From: Spirochaetaceae bacterium
Lineage (GTDB): Bacteria; Spirochaetota; Spirochaetia; DSM-2461
Assembly: GCA_965224705.1 (NCBI GenBank)
Contig: OZ245056.1
Coordinates: 1,184,001 to 1,248,000 of the forward strand
DNA length: 64,000 bases
Reading direction: 5' to 3'
Shown: positions 29,106-39,991 of the stretch, one piece after another
How the letters are laid out: each line of letters opens with the position of its first letter
How positions within the stretch are numbered: position 1 is the first letter of the stretch
Position numbers and translations under genes: made by a program
The notes under the pieces: model-generated
Seen by the model: the letters and a program-made list of their open reading frames with translations, nothing else
Database searches by the model: none
Told to the model about the DNA's origin: nothing

Positions 29106-30311
29106 TCACTCCCCCACCCTCCTGCGCCGTTCAAACCCTACAATGCCAATCGACAATCCTGCCGCAATCCATAGCAGCCATGGCGTGTCCAGCGGAAACA
29201 GGGACGCCGCAGCGGCACTCAGCATGTAGCCAAATGGGACAACGGCAACGGCTGCGGATTCAAGCAGGCCCTGTCTGCCTGCCGCCCTTTCTTCATTCCC
29301 TTTCCAGTAGACAAGATGAACCGTAACAAGATGAATCCAGCCCTGGCAGGCACCGGCGGCGACAAGAAACAAGAGGAGCATAAACAGAGAGGCCAGCCTG
29401 CCGCTGTCAAACCGGATTGCTCCCGCGGCAATGCAGACAGCGGCGAATACAAGGGCGGCAGCTTGTGTTGATCTGTTCCCAACCCTAACGGCCAGTCCGC
29501 TCAGGCCCAGAACCATACCGGAAAGAATGCTTCCTCCCAAAAGAGCGGCAAGGCCATAACCGATAAACTGTGCGCTTAGACCCAGGCGTTCGGTAAAGAA
29601 AAAAGGCAAGTTGAGCAGCACCAGAGTGTTGACCGCCTGCATCCCAAGATACAGAAACACCGGGGCACCCTTGCGCTTAAGCCCAAGAAAATCCTTCGCT
29701 AATACAGAAAAACTCCGGACAGGCGATAGACGGCGGATTTTTTCCCGCCGGGCGCGAAAAGGAAGTTCTTTTAAGAAGACCTCGGATATGCCGCTGGCAA
29801 AAAAGCAGGCACTGTTTATAAGCAGCAGGGGAATCAAACCAAAAGCCGGATAGAGTGCCGCACCAAGCAATTGACCCGCCAGAGAAGATAAATGTCCGGT
29901 GCCGACTCGCAGGCTCAGCAGATCAACCCGTTCGCTCTTCTGATCCAATATGTAGCTAATGACCGCCGGAGAAAAGAAGGCCTGCATCACGGCATTAAGG
30001 AAAACCAGCGGCAGAAACACGATCAATGGATTGCCAACGTCAAAATTCGCAAGAACAGCGGCGGCGGTTAATAAAAAAAGGCCTCGGGCCATGTCCGTCC
30101 CGGCTATAATTACAGGTCGTTGCGTTCTGTCGGCCAGTATGCCGCCAAAAACACCGAACAGCAGAATGGGCAGATGCGCGGCAGCCTGTATTGCGCCGAT
30201 ATTGAATGGATGCGGATGGACAGCAGTAATGAAAACCAGCAATGCCACAACGTACATGCTGTTCCCGAAACAAGTCAGCATGTTTCCGGCAATAATGATC
30301 AATCGGTTCAT
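29106..30311 (-). CDS. MFS transporter
   Basis: Many TM helices; motif A-like GILADRTQR. Confidence 0.85.
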   Translation of the reverse strand: MNRLIIIAGNMLTCFGNSMYVVALLVFITAVHPHPFNIGAIQAAAHLPILLFGVFGGILADRTQRPVIIAGTDMARGLFLLTAAAVLANFDVGNPLIVFLPLVFLNAVMQAFFSPAVISYILDQKSERVDLLSLRVGTGHLSSLAGQLLGAALYPAFGLIPLLLINSACFFASGISEVFLKELPFRARREKIRRLSPVRSFSVLAKDFLGLKRKGAPVFLYLGMQAVNTLVLLNLPFFFTERLGLSAQFIGYGLAALLGGSILSGMVLGLSGLAVRVGNRSTQAAALVFAAVCIAAGAIRFDSGRLASLFMLLLFLVAAGACQGWIHLVTVHLVYWKGNEERAAGRQGLLESAAVAVVPFGYMLSAAAASLFPLDTPWLLWIAAGLSIGIVGFERRRRVGE

Positions 30312-31918
30312 TTGATGATATGTTCAATAAGATGCGGTACGGCGGCCATTTCAGGCAGTTCCTTGTAATCTGTCGGCAATTTCGGTGGAACAAGGCTGGA
30401 ACTCAAAGTCCAGCTTTCCGGGAAAGAAATACTGCTTTCTGCCGGAAAAATGATATGGAAGAGAACAGGATAACCCGCATTGGGTCCGCTTACAGGTGTT
30501 CTTGGCTGATGATCCCCTATTATCAGCATGAAATTTCTGCCGTTTAATATATTGGTCAAATATTGGATCGTTGTTGTCAGGCTGTAACGTATGCCTTCCA
30601 GGTAGCCTTCGGCAAGTTCATTCCCATAGAGCCAGTTGTTTTCAAAGTATCTTAGGTAGCCGTTTTCGTATTCGCGGCCTTGCTGACTGAAATCCCAGTC
30701 CTCCTTATACACCGGAATCCTGACAAAGGGAGTGTGGGAGCTGACCAGAAGATAAAAGGCGAATTCCTTCCGATCATCCCTCAGATGATTTGAGGCAAAC
30801 GCATAAAACATATATTGATCGCTCATTGCCCCAAAGGATATGTTCGGACCCTGATAACCAAAATCATCTTGCAGAAGATAGGTATCAAAGGGATAGGCAT
30901 TTTTCCATTCCGCACTGGCCTGGGTTGAACCCGGTGCCACGTAGCAGCTCCAATAGCCCGCTTCTTTCATTTCTGTCAATAGATAGGCTTTCTCTCCGCT
31001 GCGGACCCTTTCGTCGTATATTTTCTGATTGGCAATCTGTGCCCCTGCAAGCAGGGTGGCATCGGCAAGCCAGCTTCTGCCGCCGAAGGCCGGAGAGCGT
31101 ACAAAACCGCTTCGAACAAGCATGTTTTCATTACTAAGCCGCATTTGCAGTTCCTCATACACATCGCGCATAATGTCCGTGTATTCCTCTTTTTGAAACA
31201 GGACGGCTCCGTAGGACTCAATGACAACAAAATGAACATCGCTGTCCTTTATACCCGGAAAAACCCATTCAGGTTCCTGGACTTGTAAAGCGGGCTCGGT
31301 CAATTCCTCGGTTTCAACGTCATACGAAATTGGGGCGGGTTCTGACACGCGGCCACCGCTTATCATTCTTACGGACTGGGAAACCGGGGAGCCGAAAGGC
31401 CCAAGCATGAGCAGGACTGCTGCCGCGCTTAATGCAATTTTTATCTTCCTGTTTGACAGGACATCCCTGCTGTCTGCTGATTTTCTGATGATGGTCCTGA
31501 TAACGGCCATAAAGCCATAGGCGGACAGGATTATGACCGCTACGGTCATAATAACAGCGGCCGTCCGAATAAAATTCGCCGAGAGATTTGTTCCCTGGAG
31601 AAGCATAACGAAAAAATTGGGAATCAACTGCATGTCCGAAACCATGTCGAAGTGTTCCAAATAGATTATTCGAAAGAACAATTCTCCTATAAGAAAAAAG
31701 ACGAGAAACGACAGAATACAAAGTGCCGCTGCGATTCTTGCCCCGCGGAATCGAGTCCCGGCAAGAAGGACGAAAACAATCATTAACTCTCCCATGGGCA
31801 ATAGAAAAGTCAAAGGCGCAAAATTTTCCAGTACCGGAAGCAGGCGGTAGGAAGCAAAGCCTGAATTAAGCAGCAGAAGGGCCGTCAGCGGCTTAATCAG
31901 ATTTTTGACAGATTGCAT
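30308..31918 (-). CDS. Membrane-anchored sulfatase/alkaline-phosphatase-superfamily protein (LTA synthase-like fold)
   Basis: N-terminal TMs; VVIESYG, GGRSWLA, SSHTPF and IGDHQP motifs. Confidence 0.8.
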   Translation of the reverse strand: MQSVKNLIKPLTALLLLNSGFASYRLLPVLENFAPLTFLLPMGELMIVFVLLAGTRFRGARIAAALCILSFLVFFLIGELFFRIIYLEHFDMVSDMQLIPNFFVMLLQGTNLSANFIRTAAVIMTVAVIILSAYGFMAVIRTIIRKSADSRDVLSNRKIKIALSAAAVLLMLGPFGSPVSQSVRMISGGRVSEPAPISYDVETEELTEPALQVQEPEWVFPGIKDSDVHFVVIESYGAVLFQKEEYTDIMRDVYEELQMRLSNENMLVRSGFVRSPAFGGRSWLADATLLAGAQIANQKIYDERVRSGEKAYLLTEMKEAGYWSCYVAPGSTQASAEWKNAYPFDTYLLQDDFGYQGPNISFGAMSDQYMFYAFASNHLRDDRKEFAFYLLVSSHTPFVRIPVYKEDWDFSQQGREYENGYLRYFENNWLYGNELAEGYLEGIRYSLTTTIQYLTNILNGRNFMLIIGDHQPRTPVSGPNAGYPVLFHIIFPAESSISFPESWTLSSSLVPPKLPTDYKELPEMAAVPHLIEHIIK

Positions 31919-33420
31919 AAATATCCCCACTCTTCCCTTTGGCAGGCCATGAATCAATGCGTGTTTTCATTGCCGTATCGGAGATAAACGTGGTCAAACG
32001 CATCTTCATGGACTCGCCCAGGGAAAAATTGAAACAATACTTACCTAAATGCATAAGTTTTTCAATGCACTCTTTTGCCCGATCTTTCTGAGACGGCGTA
32101 AACTCGAAGCTGACACAGTCCACGGCTGCGGAAAGCCCGCTAAGGACTTCCCTCTCATTGCCCTCAGTATCAATCTTAATGAATCCGGGCTTCCCGTATA
32201 CCGCTATCATCATATCCAGGGTTTTCATATCGGTCTGCTGCCTGCCATCCCATTCAATTCCCTGAAATTCGCTGCGCTCGCCCATTTCCCTTACCCATGA
32301 TTGGTCGGTACTGGCAAGTGTGGGATTACGTTTTGAAACAAGCATTTCTGTACGCCGCTCTACAGCCCCTAAGGCAATAAACTCAAGCTGAACCCCTTCA
32401 TGATCCCCAAACCAATTCTCAAGCAGCCCGCGGCATGCCGGCTGAGGCTCAAAACTCACAACCCTGGCTCCCAGAGCCAGAAATATGCGGGTTCTGCTGC
32501 CCAGATGGGCACCAACATCAAATGCCATATCCGATGGATGGATAAACTGTGCATAAAAAGCTTTCATTCTTGCATAGCGCAGGGGGATATGAAAGTAAAT
32601 AATAAAAGAGCGGTATATCCCGGCCCAATACTCTGGCGGAATAATGGATAAAAACGATCTTATTCTATAAATTGTTTCTATTAAAAAACTCGAAAAGACA
32701 AGCAGCAGGGTGGCCGGGAGAAAAAACTTTATCTGAACTGCCAGGAATTTATTGAAAACCGCAGAATCCCCAGAAAGCAGCAAACTGCACCACAGAAACA
32801 CGGTCACCGTCTGAAAGATTGCCGCCACGGTCTTTGAATACCAGTAAAACCATCTGGATGGAACAAATTCGAGCGGGAAAAACTGGAAGATCAGCGCAAA
32901 AACGTAGCGGCTGATTCCCGGCAGAATGTAATACAGAGGAACATCTTCGAACAGAACAACCGTCACACAGCTCAGGCATAGCAGAATCGAATCAGTCTCA
33001 CGATCATACCAGGGCCCCCATTGGGCAGCGGCCGACTTCTGCTTCTCGTGCCGGGCAAGCCATCCGTCAATGGCATCGGCCATATATCCCCAGATCATCA
33101 GAATCACCGAGAACCAGCCGGTTATACTGCTTCTGCTGTGCAGCCACAGCACCCCGCAGGCCAATCCTCCCATAACACATAGACTCCTGATCAGGGTAAG
33201 CAAATTAGCCGGGCGGCGGAAGAAAATTCTGAAACTGACTTGAGAGTCTTGCAATGCAATGCAGAGCCCGTATAGAATGACCACAGCAAACAGCAGGGTA
33301 GTCAGCAGGAGAAAAACCATGCTGTTTCCTACCAGTTTCAGCGCTGTAAAGGTGTAAGCAAGAACGAGTAGGGAAACACGCGGCAGCCATTGAAAGTTTA
33401 TGTCATGAAAAACATACATT
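31893..33420 (-). CDS. CDP-alcohol phosphatidyltransferase fused to an FkbM-family methyltransferase (start uncertain)
   Basis: DAIDGWLAR...GPWYDRETD, then FDVGAHLG...FEPQP...FIKIDTEGNE. Confidence 0.85.
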
Positions 33421-33459
33421 CGCTTAGTTACACCCGTCAGACTTGTGCAATGTCCGCCC

Positions 33460-34287
33460 ATGTACAGCAATAAAACCATCGAATGCGATGTCGCCAATTA
33501 CTACGACAACAACAGCCCCCGTTTTCTTGGGACGGGGAAGAAAAGGCATGCTGGAGCCATTCACAGAAGGCTCCATCCTCCGGCGGCAGCCGACGAAACG
33601 GAATCGGCCTATTATTCAAATTCGCTTGTTCTTGGGTTTATAAGAGATATTGGTGCTGAAAGAATACTCGATCTAGGATGCGGCATCGGGGGCAGTATAC
33701 GGTATTTAAGACGCAGGTACAAGGCCAGGTACACCGGTATCAGCCTGAGCCCTGTCCAGTGTGCAATTGCACGGGAATTTGGTACCGAAATTGAGCTTGG
33801 GAGTTATCTTGATCCTCTGTGGTATAAAAACAGAGAACCTTTCGATCTGATATACGCCATTGAAAGCCTCCAGCATAATCCCGATCACAATCTTCTGGTC
33901 CGCAATCTCAAGAAAGTCATGAAACAGGATTCCCGCCTCGTTGTCATTGATGACTTCATCAAGAAGGATAAACCCTTCAGCCGCCGCGAAACAAAGCTGA
34001 TAAACCGGTTTAAGAATCACTGGCATTCCCATGGCTTCACTTCAAAGTCGGATTTCATTGAAACATTGAACAGGAATGGTCTGGTTCTGCATGAGGAAAT
34101 CAACCTTACATCGCTTATGCCTGAACCTGTCTTGAACCAGCACTTAAGGGCGGCCATATTGAATTGCCTCTCCATGCTCCCGGTGCAGCATTCTGCTCTT
34201 GACAATATTATTGGGGGCGGAACATTGCTGCTGCTCCAGCAATTGGGGCTGGCAGAATACTATTTGCTTGTATTGGACAATCGTTAA
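33460..34287 (+). CDS. Class I SAM-dependent methyltransferase (sterol/tocopherol MT-like)
   Basis: ILDLGCGIGGS, GISLSPVQ and FDLIYAIESLQH motifs. Confidence 0.85.
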   Translation: MYSNKTIECDVANYYDNNSPRFLGTGKKRHAGAIHRRLHPPAAADETESAYYSNSLVLGFIRDIGAERILDLGCGIGGSIRYLRRRYKARYTGISLSPVQCAIAREFGTEIELGSYLDPLWYKNREPFDLIYAIESLQHNPDHNLLVRNLKKVMKQDSRLVVIDDFIKKDKPFSRRETKLINRFKNHWHSHGFTSKSDFIETLNRNGLVLHEEINLTSLMPEPVLNQHLRAAILNCLSMLPVQHSALDNIIGGGTLLLLQQLGLAEYYLLVLDNR

Positions 34288-34765
34288 CCCCTATTTCTCA
34301 CCAATTGATCCGATTCTTCATATCACGCGTGCACAGTAAACATCTTCTTCTGCTGCTCGCCGTGGATGGGAATGTCGGCGGCATCAAAATCCAGAATCAG
34401 GGTTTCCGGCGGCTCCTTGAAACTCTCAAGAAACAGTTGACAGAGCAACTCTTCAATCCCCCTGGCATCCCAGGTGATTTTTCATCCAACTCATGGCCGA
34501 GTTCCAATCTGTTCAGGGTGCTCTTTCCGGCAACTGGCGTTTTATCATCCCACCCGCATATATATTGAAGCAGTGGATCTTCGCGCAATTGTTCATGATC
34601 ATTGAGATCTTCATAGCTCTGACAGATTCCGAAGATTCTCTGTTTCAGAAGAGCACCCAGGCTATGTGTAATTTTATCCTGATCTCTTTTATCGGTGAAA
34701 AAATCTGACAGCTTTTCAATCATTCTGTGCTTCTGCTCAACCTGCTGGAGCAGAAGAAATCCGGC
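34288..34765 (-). mobile_element. IS1380-family remnant with internal deletions
   Basis: End CCCTATTTCTCACCA; transposase pieces GFLLLQQVE...LLKQRIFGICQSYEDLNDHEQLREDP. Confidence 0.8.
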
Positions 34766-35000
34766 TGGCGGTGAAAAGATAATTGTCGGCATTGAGCGAG
34801 CTCTTGCAGTTAAGCCGGATATCCTGATCCTGGATGAAATTGATCGGAATTTGGACCAGGCGATACTAAAAGTCGTGATAAACATCTGCAAAGAGAATGT
34901 CGATACCATTTTGTATGTCGGCCACCTTGACTCCAGTGTGTTTAATCCAAACAAGGTTGTGACAGTCGACAATGGGCTCGTCGTGCAAACCACGGTGTAG
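34765..35000 (+). pseudogene. ABC ATPase C-terminal fragment
   Basis: GGEK...ERALAVKPDILILDE with no Walker A or start. Confidence 0.65.
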
Positions 35001-35074
35001 AGCAATGTGTCGACCCCTGTTGGAGATGCCTCAAAGAAGTAGTAGAAGAAATTAGTCAGGCGCTGCGTTGTTTC

Positions 35075-36817
35075 TTAATGCAGCTCCCCGAAACTGGAAA
35101 CAAGCTTCACCTGCTTCCCCCGGAATCCCACACCCAGCACCAGGCATTTTCCGGGCTTGTATTTTGTCTGGAGGCCTTCCAAATACCGTTTTATCGCCTG
35201 GCTATGGGCCTCTTGGGCCAGTTGCTCCAGCGGCGTGTTTTTGTCGGCGGATTCCTGCTTCAGCTCGAACAAAACGGCCTGTTCCCCGGGGGAAGTTCCA
35301 AAGCTGCGTTTCAGCAGGACAATATCGGCCCGTCCCATACCGTATTCCCGGTTGCTTTCCACCATGTATTCGGCACCCAGATAGGCCAGCAGACCCAAAA
35401 GCAGGCCGTGGTAGAACTTTTCACCGGATTCCCAGTTCCCGGCAGGGGCCATGTCATGATGGCTGGCCAGCACAAAGAGTATCCGCCCCAAACTCTGTTC
35501 AATCATTCGGGGATTTAACTCCTCAATGCCGCGGATAAAGGCGAAAAAATCATCATTCCCCGACAACTCATCCTCCAGCCAAAACTTGATGATATCGGCA
35601 TAAGCGGTTTCCACTTCCAAATTGGGGATGGAAAGGTTGTAGGTAATATTGCTGCGGACCTGCTCTTTCCCGCTGGCCTTTAGATAGCCGCCGTGAAGCA
35701 GGAAGCTCCAGACCACTTCCTGCCTCCTGGGGATTTCCGGGTAGGAAATATTCCGGTAAACGATTTTCCTGACCTTTTCTCCCCGCAGTAAGCGCGAAAC
35801 GACATCCCTTGGAGCCTGCTTATCCATCCGCAGCACTTCCCGGACCACGGCGTTGTCGCTGGTGTTGATCCAGTAGGGACACAGCCCATCTTCCGGGGAA
35901 CCGATATAATTGATGATGCTCCAGGGATTGTAGATGGTGGTATCGCTGCCGAACACATAGCCATTGTACCATTCCCGGATGCCAGCCATCTTTTCTGCCT
36001 GCCCAAAGCTCTCCGCCATGGCCTCCACCTCCGCTTCCGTAAAGCCAAAGCAGTCCTTCATCGCGGAATCGAGCAATGTCGATACTTGCGGATTGTTGAA
36101 ATCGCTGAAAATGCTCTCCTGCGCCACCTTGAGTATGCCGATGACCACCGCCTGCTTGAGGTGGGGATTGTCCTTGAAGGTCTGGACCATGAAGCTGCGG
36201 ATGAAACGGATCATTTCATCGTAGAAATTATTCACATAGGCCGCGTGAAGCGGGGTGTCATACTCGTCCAGGAGAATGTAGGCCGGTTTGCTGTAGGCGC
36301 GGTGAAGCCAGGCGGAGAGATATTCAATGGATTGGGCGCAGTCCTGATCCGTGCCCTTCTTATGCAGCATCTTTGTGAAAAACGCCTGTTCTTCCTCGTC
36401 CAATACATTGAGGTTTTGCAAGTATTCATGTCTGTGGTATTCCGCTGAAAGCATTTTTCTGATAATCCCCATGCATTCATCATGCGCGGCACCCTTGACA
36501 TCCTTGAAACTCAAATGTATCACCGGATACTGTCCCATGTATTCCATGCATTCAGGACGGGAACTTATTGCCAATCCATCAAAGAGAGGACCATTTGACG
36601 GCCCATCGCCATGGCTTCCCGGCAAAGGTGCCTCAAAGAAGTAGTGGATCATGCTGAGATTGAGCGTTTTGCCGAAGCGCCGGGGGCGGGTTATAAGATG
36701 CACTTCGCTTGGGTTGTCGATGAGATACTTGATAAGGTGGGTTTTGTCGACAAAATAGCCGTTTTCAGTGATGAATTTTTTGAAATCGCTAATCCCTTTC
36801 GCAATGCGCTTCTTCAT
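35075..36817 (-). CDS. AAA-ATPase-like + PD-(D/E)XK nuclease (PDDEXK_9-type) protein
   Basis: YFVDKT, RPRRFGKTLNLSM, LLDEYDTP, WYNGY, YNPWS, SNREYGMGRADI...FELK. Confidence 0.92.
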   Translation of the reverse strand: MKKRIAKGISDFKKFITENGYFVDKTHLIKYLIDNPSEVHLITRPRRFGKTLNLSMIHYFFEAPLPGSHGDGPSNGPLFDGLAISSRPECMEYMGQYPVIHLSFKDVKGAAHDECMGIIRKMLSAEYHRHEYLQNLNVLDEEEQAFFTKMLHKKGTDQDCAQSIEYLSAWLHRAYSKPAYILLDEYDTPLHAAYVNNFYDEMIRFIRSFMVQTFKDNPHLKQAVVIGILKVAQESIFSDFNNPQVSTLLDSAMKDCFGFTEAEVEAMAESFGQAEKMAGIREWYNGYVFGSDTTIYNPWSIINYIGSPEDGLCPYWINTSDNAVVREVLRMDKQAPRDVVSRLLRGEKVRKIVYRNISYPEIPRRQEVVWSFLLHGGYLKASGKEQVRSNITYNLSIPNLEVETAYADIIKFWLEDELSGNDDFFAFIRGIEELNPRMIEQSLGRILFVLASHHDMAPAGNWESGEKFYHGLLLGLLAYLGAEYMVESNREYGMGRADIVLLKRSFGTSPGEQAVLFELKQESADKNTPLEQLAQEAHSQAIKRYLEGLQTKYKPGKCLVLGVGFRGKQVKLVSSFGELH

Positions 36818-36974
36818 GGCTCCAAGCATATCATATTGGCGGGGAAAAGCACAGGGAGCGATTTAGGGGCTGAAGGAATTAGTCGGTCGGCACCTTGTTT
36901 CTTATCCAAAGTTCAACAAAACACTCTTAGAAACTCCAAAATCACCTTCTTTGAAGTTTTTTCAAGTTTTAATT

Positions 36975-37272
36975 CCCATTTCTCACCAGCATAAAACTGC
37001 ATAAATCGGATTGTAGAGGACATGATTCGGGTTTCATCGCCGCTGACCTGCTGAATTGTTCTTCGAAGATGGACAAAGAAAATATAGGCGATTGCCGAGA
37101 AGGACAATCGGAGCTGATTTGAACTCATCCACCAGGTGGAGCTGCGGTCGGCAAACAGATAAAAAGGTAGCTGATCGTAATATCCGTGAAAAACCGCTTC
37201 TGCTGCTCGCCGTGGATGGGAATGTCGGCGGCATCAAAATCCAGGATCAGGGTTTCCGGCGGCTCATCAATC
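36975..37272 (-). mobile_element. IS1380-family remnant
   Basis: End CCCATTTCTCACCAG; shares CTGCTCGCCGTGGATGGGAATGTCGGCGGCATCAAAATCCAG with about 34350. Confidence 0.75.
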
Positions 37273-37300
37273 GCCTCGAAGTCTCAAAGTCCGACAGACT
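37272..37300. mobile_element. MITE copy D (one end)
   Basis: CGCCTCGAAGTCTCAAAGTCCGACAGACTC. Confidence 0.7.
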
Positions 37301-37535
37301 CATATACTAAGCCGAGAGCTTTTGAGAAAAATGGGCAGTTCCGAACCATGTTGACCTCTTCAAAACTGTTTCTTCCCTGTACAAACAGTTCGGTCATTGT
37401 CTTTATGGTTTGTTTGTCTGCTCCCCAAAGTATGGCATCGGATGTGAAACCCAAGCCAATCTCTTTAAATACTTTTCCCGCCAGTACAATTCCCCCTGTA
37501 CGGGTTAAAGCTTCTGTGGTAGTATCTATCTTCAT
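37284..37535 (-). pseudogene. Transposase N-terminal fragment (IS1380-like) cut by a MITE
   Basis: MKIDTTTEALTRTGGIVLAG...; ends within the MITE end. Confidence 0.55.
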
Positions 37536-37632
37536 AAGACTCAGCTCCTGGGTTAATTGGGTTTTAGTCTTAATTCATTATATCACAGAAGATTGAACCA
37601 TTGTTTTAAATCTTTTATGTGGATTCAGGTAT

Positions 37633-38832
37633 ATGACAAAAGAGAATTCACCGCTGCTAAAAAGTCTTTCGCTCAAGAATTTCCTTTCATTTGGGCCGGA
37701 TTCAACCAAAGTGCCGCTTACTAATCTAAATGTGATCATTGGCGCTAACGGGACTGGAAAATCCAACCTAATTGAGGCTATTTCTGTGCTCCAAGCTGTA
37801 CCGCGTGATCTTCCTTTTCCAATTCGGCAGGGAGGAGGAGTGCGTGATTGGCTTTGGAAAGGACCTGAGGGGGCGGAACAAGCGGCAATTGAAGTCGTCT
37901 TTAATGAAGGGCATATCGCACAATTTCCACCAAAGTACCCAGCTATTCGATATCGTTTGGTTTTCGGCGTAGAAGGTGGATCGTTTGTGGTTCTCGACGA
38001 ACGAATCGAAAACGAAACCCCCTATGCAGGCCATGAAGAACCATACTTCTATTTCGCGTTTGACAACGGTCGCCCTGTACTCAATGTAAGCGATGCACAC
38101 AGACACCTGCGGAGAGAAGACATCGATCCTACTCAATCCATCCTCTCGCAGCGCCGTGATCCTGAAACCTACCCAGAAGTTTCTCGGTTGGCAGATATAC
38201 TTCGGAAGATTCTAATCTACCGGACCTGGTCCTTTGGTCCTAATGCTGCGTTACGCATGAGTTGCGCTCCTGATGTGCGTACCGACTACCTGACCGAAGA
38301 TTTTAGTAATTTACCCGCGAGGCTATCTGTACTGAAAAAGACCCCGGCAACGAAGAAGAAAATAGTTGATCTGCTTGGGGAATTGTCTCCAGGTTTTGAT
38401 GATCTGGAAATCGTACCCGAGGGTGGTCAGCTTCAACTTTATCTTACAGAGAACGAACGAACATTCCCCGCACGCCGCCTATCAGACGGAAGTCTTCGTT
38501 TTCTCTCTCTTCTCGCGATTTTGCTCGATCCAACTCCGCCTCCACTCATAGTGATCGAGGAACCGGAATTAGGATTGCATCCGGACACGCTGCCAGTCTT
38601 GCGCGATTTGTTTGTGGAAGCAAGCAAGTCTTGCCAGCTTATCGTCACGACCCATTCCACGCAGTTCATTGATGCAATGACGGATTACGCTGAGTCCGTG
38701 CTTGTCTGCGAGAAACAAGATGGCTCTACGAGTTTCACTCGATTGTCGCAGGAGGAAATCGATAAGTGGAAAGAGTACGACAGTTTGGGACGCTTGTGGA
38801 TGAGCGGACATATCGGCGGCACTCGATGGTAG
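37633..38832 (+). CDS. ABC-type AAA ATPase (AAA_21-like)
   Basis: GANGTGKSN, LSDGSLRF, IEEPELGLHP and TTHS motifs. Confidence 0.9.
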   Translation: MTKENSPLLKSLSLKNFLSFGPDSTKVPLTNLNVIIGANGTGKSNLIEAISVLQAVPRDLPFPIRQGGGVRDWLWKGPEGAEQAAIEVVFNEGHIAQFPPKYPAIRYRLVFGVEGGSFVVLDERIENETPYAGHEEPYFYFAFDNGRPVLNVSDAHRHLRREDIDPTQSILSQRRDPETYPEVSRLADILRKILIYRTWSFGPNAALRMSCAPDVRTDYLTEDFSNLPARLSVLKKTPATKKKIVDLLGELSPGFDDLEIVPEGGQLQLYLTENERTFPARRLSDGSLRFLSLLAILLDPTPPPLIVIEEPELGLHPDTLPVLRDLFVEASKSCQLIVTTHSTQFIDAMTDYAESVLVCEKQDGSTSFTRLSQEEIDKWKEYDSLGRLWMSGHIGGTRW

Positions 38833-39446
38833 AGCGGTCCTTAAAGAGACTTTTCGTCGAAGGGGGTGGTGACAATGAGGCTCTCAAGACCGAATGTCGC
38901 CGTGGTTTCAGGGCGTTTCTTGAGAAATCAGGGTTCAAGGGAAGTATGCCTAGAATTGTGGCATGTGGGGGGCGCAGCAATACCTACAAGAAGTTTTGCA
39001 CAGCCTTGAACAGTGCATCCACAGATGATGTCACGATCTTGCTTGTAGATTCAGAGTGTCCAATCACTGTAAATTCGTCCGCTTGGAAACATGTAAAGAA
39101 TCGAATTGGAGATGGTTGGGATAGGCCGGCGGCAGCAAAGGAGGCAGATCTTCACTTCATGGTAGAGTGCATGGAGAATTGGTTCTTGGCAGACAAAGAA
39201 GCACTATCAAGGTTTTTTGGAGATGGTTTCAAAGAAAATGCGCTTCCCGCCAATCCCAATGTAGAGGAAATCTCAAAATCTGATGTCTACAAGAAGCTAG
39301 AAGGTGCCACTAAACAATCAAAAAAGAAAGCGTATGACAAGGGAGCGCATTCGTTCAAGATTTTGGCCGGGGTCGATCCTAACAGGGTACGCGGTGCGGC
39401 TCCCTTTGCCGATCGTTTTTTGACGCACTTGGCCGAGGTGCTTTGA
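38826..39446 (+). CDS. DUF4276-family (TOPRIM-like) protein
   Basis: LFVEGGG...LLVDSE...HFMVECMENWFLAD...YDKGAHS; overlaps the ATPase stop. Confidence 0.8.
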   Translation: MVERSLKRLFVEGGGDNEALKTECRRGFRAFLEKSGFKGSMPRIVACGGRSNTYKKFCTALNSASTDDVTILLVDSECPITVNSSAWKHVKNRIGDGWDRPAAAKEADLHFMVECMENWFLADKEALSRFFGDGFKENALPANPNVEEISKSDVYKKLEGATKQSKKKAYDKGAHSFKILAGVDPNRVRGAAPFADRFLTHLAEVL

Positions 39447-39629
39447 AATGGCCGTCCTTACGGAGGGGGCGTTACACGATGTGCTGATCAGCAGCGGCAT
39501 CCCATGCGCGATAACCGAGTTTAAGGGGTGCTTCGAGCGCTCCGCAGCCGACCTGACGAGGGCAAGAATGCCTCCAGGGTTCGGATCGTAGTGGAGTAGA
39601 CTTGATGGCGATTTCCCTGTCAGAAACGC

Positions 39630-39679
39630 AGGAGTCTGTCGGACTTTAAGACTTCGAGGCGGAAGTCCGACAGGCTCCT
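39630..39679. mobile_element. MITE copy E (50-bp minimal form)
   Basis: AGGAGTCTGTCGGACTT...AAGTCCGACAGGCTCCT. Confidence 0.8.
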
Positions 39680-39867
39680 TGCAGGCAGTACCAGCGATTA
39701 CCAGGGGGAAGCAACCAGTATTCGTAATGATGGATGGAACCGACCTCTACCGAGTTCTCGAGGGGCGTGAGCAGCTTGATGAGCTGTTGCGTTGCAAGGT
39801 TCGACGATTGGCCGAACGCGGAGAGCCTTATGTCCCGGTATCGGAGCTGTACAAGGAGAAGAAATGA
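39680..39867 (+). pseudogene. C-terminal fragment of a restriction endonuclease-like protein
   Basis: MMDGTDLYRVLEGR..LDELLRCKVRRLAERGEPY resembles Mrr-like REase tails; the 5' part is replaced by the MITE. Confidence 0.5.
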
Positions 39868-39991
39868 ACAACCAGCAATTGCTCATTTTGGATAAAAGAA
39901 GGCAGAAATCCCTGTAAAATGCCTGGGTCAAACCTTTGAGAACGACGAGGCGCGACATATCATTGCTGTTATGTGCAGCAGCTCCGTTTTC

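Noticed and set aside
34397..35005. 202-aa ORF as a real gene
   Set aside because: Chimera of an antisense ABC fragment and IS1380 transposase pieces.
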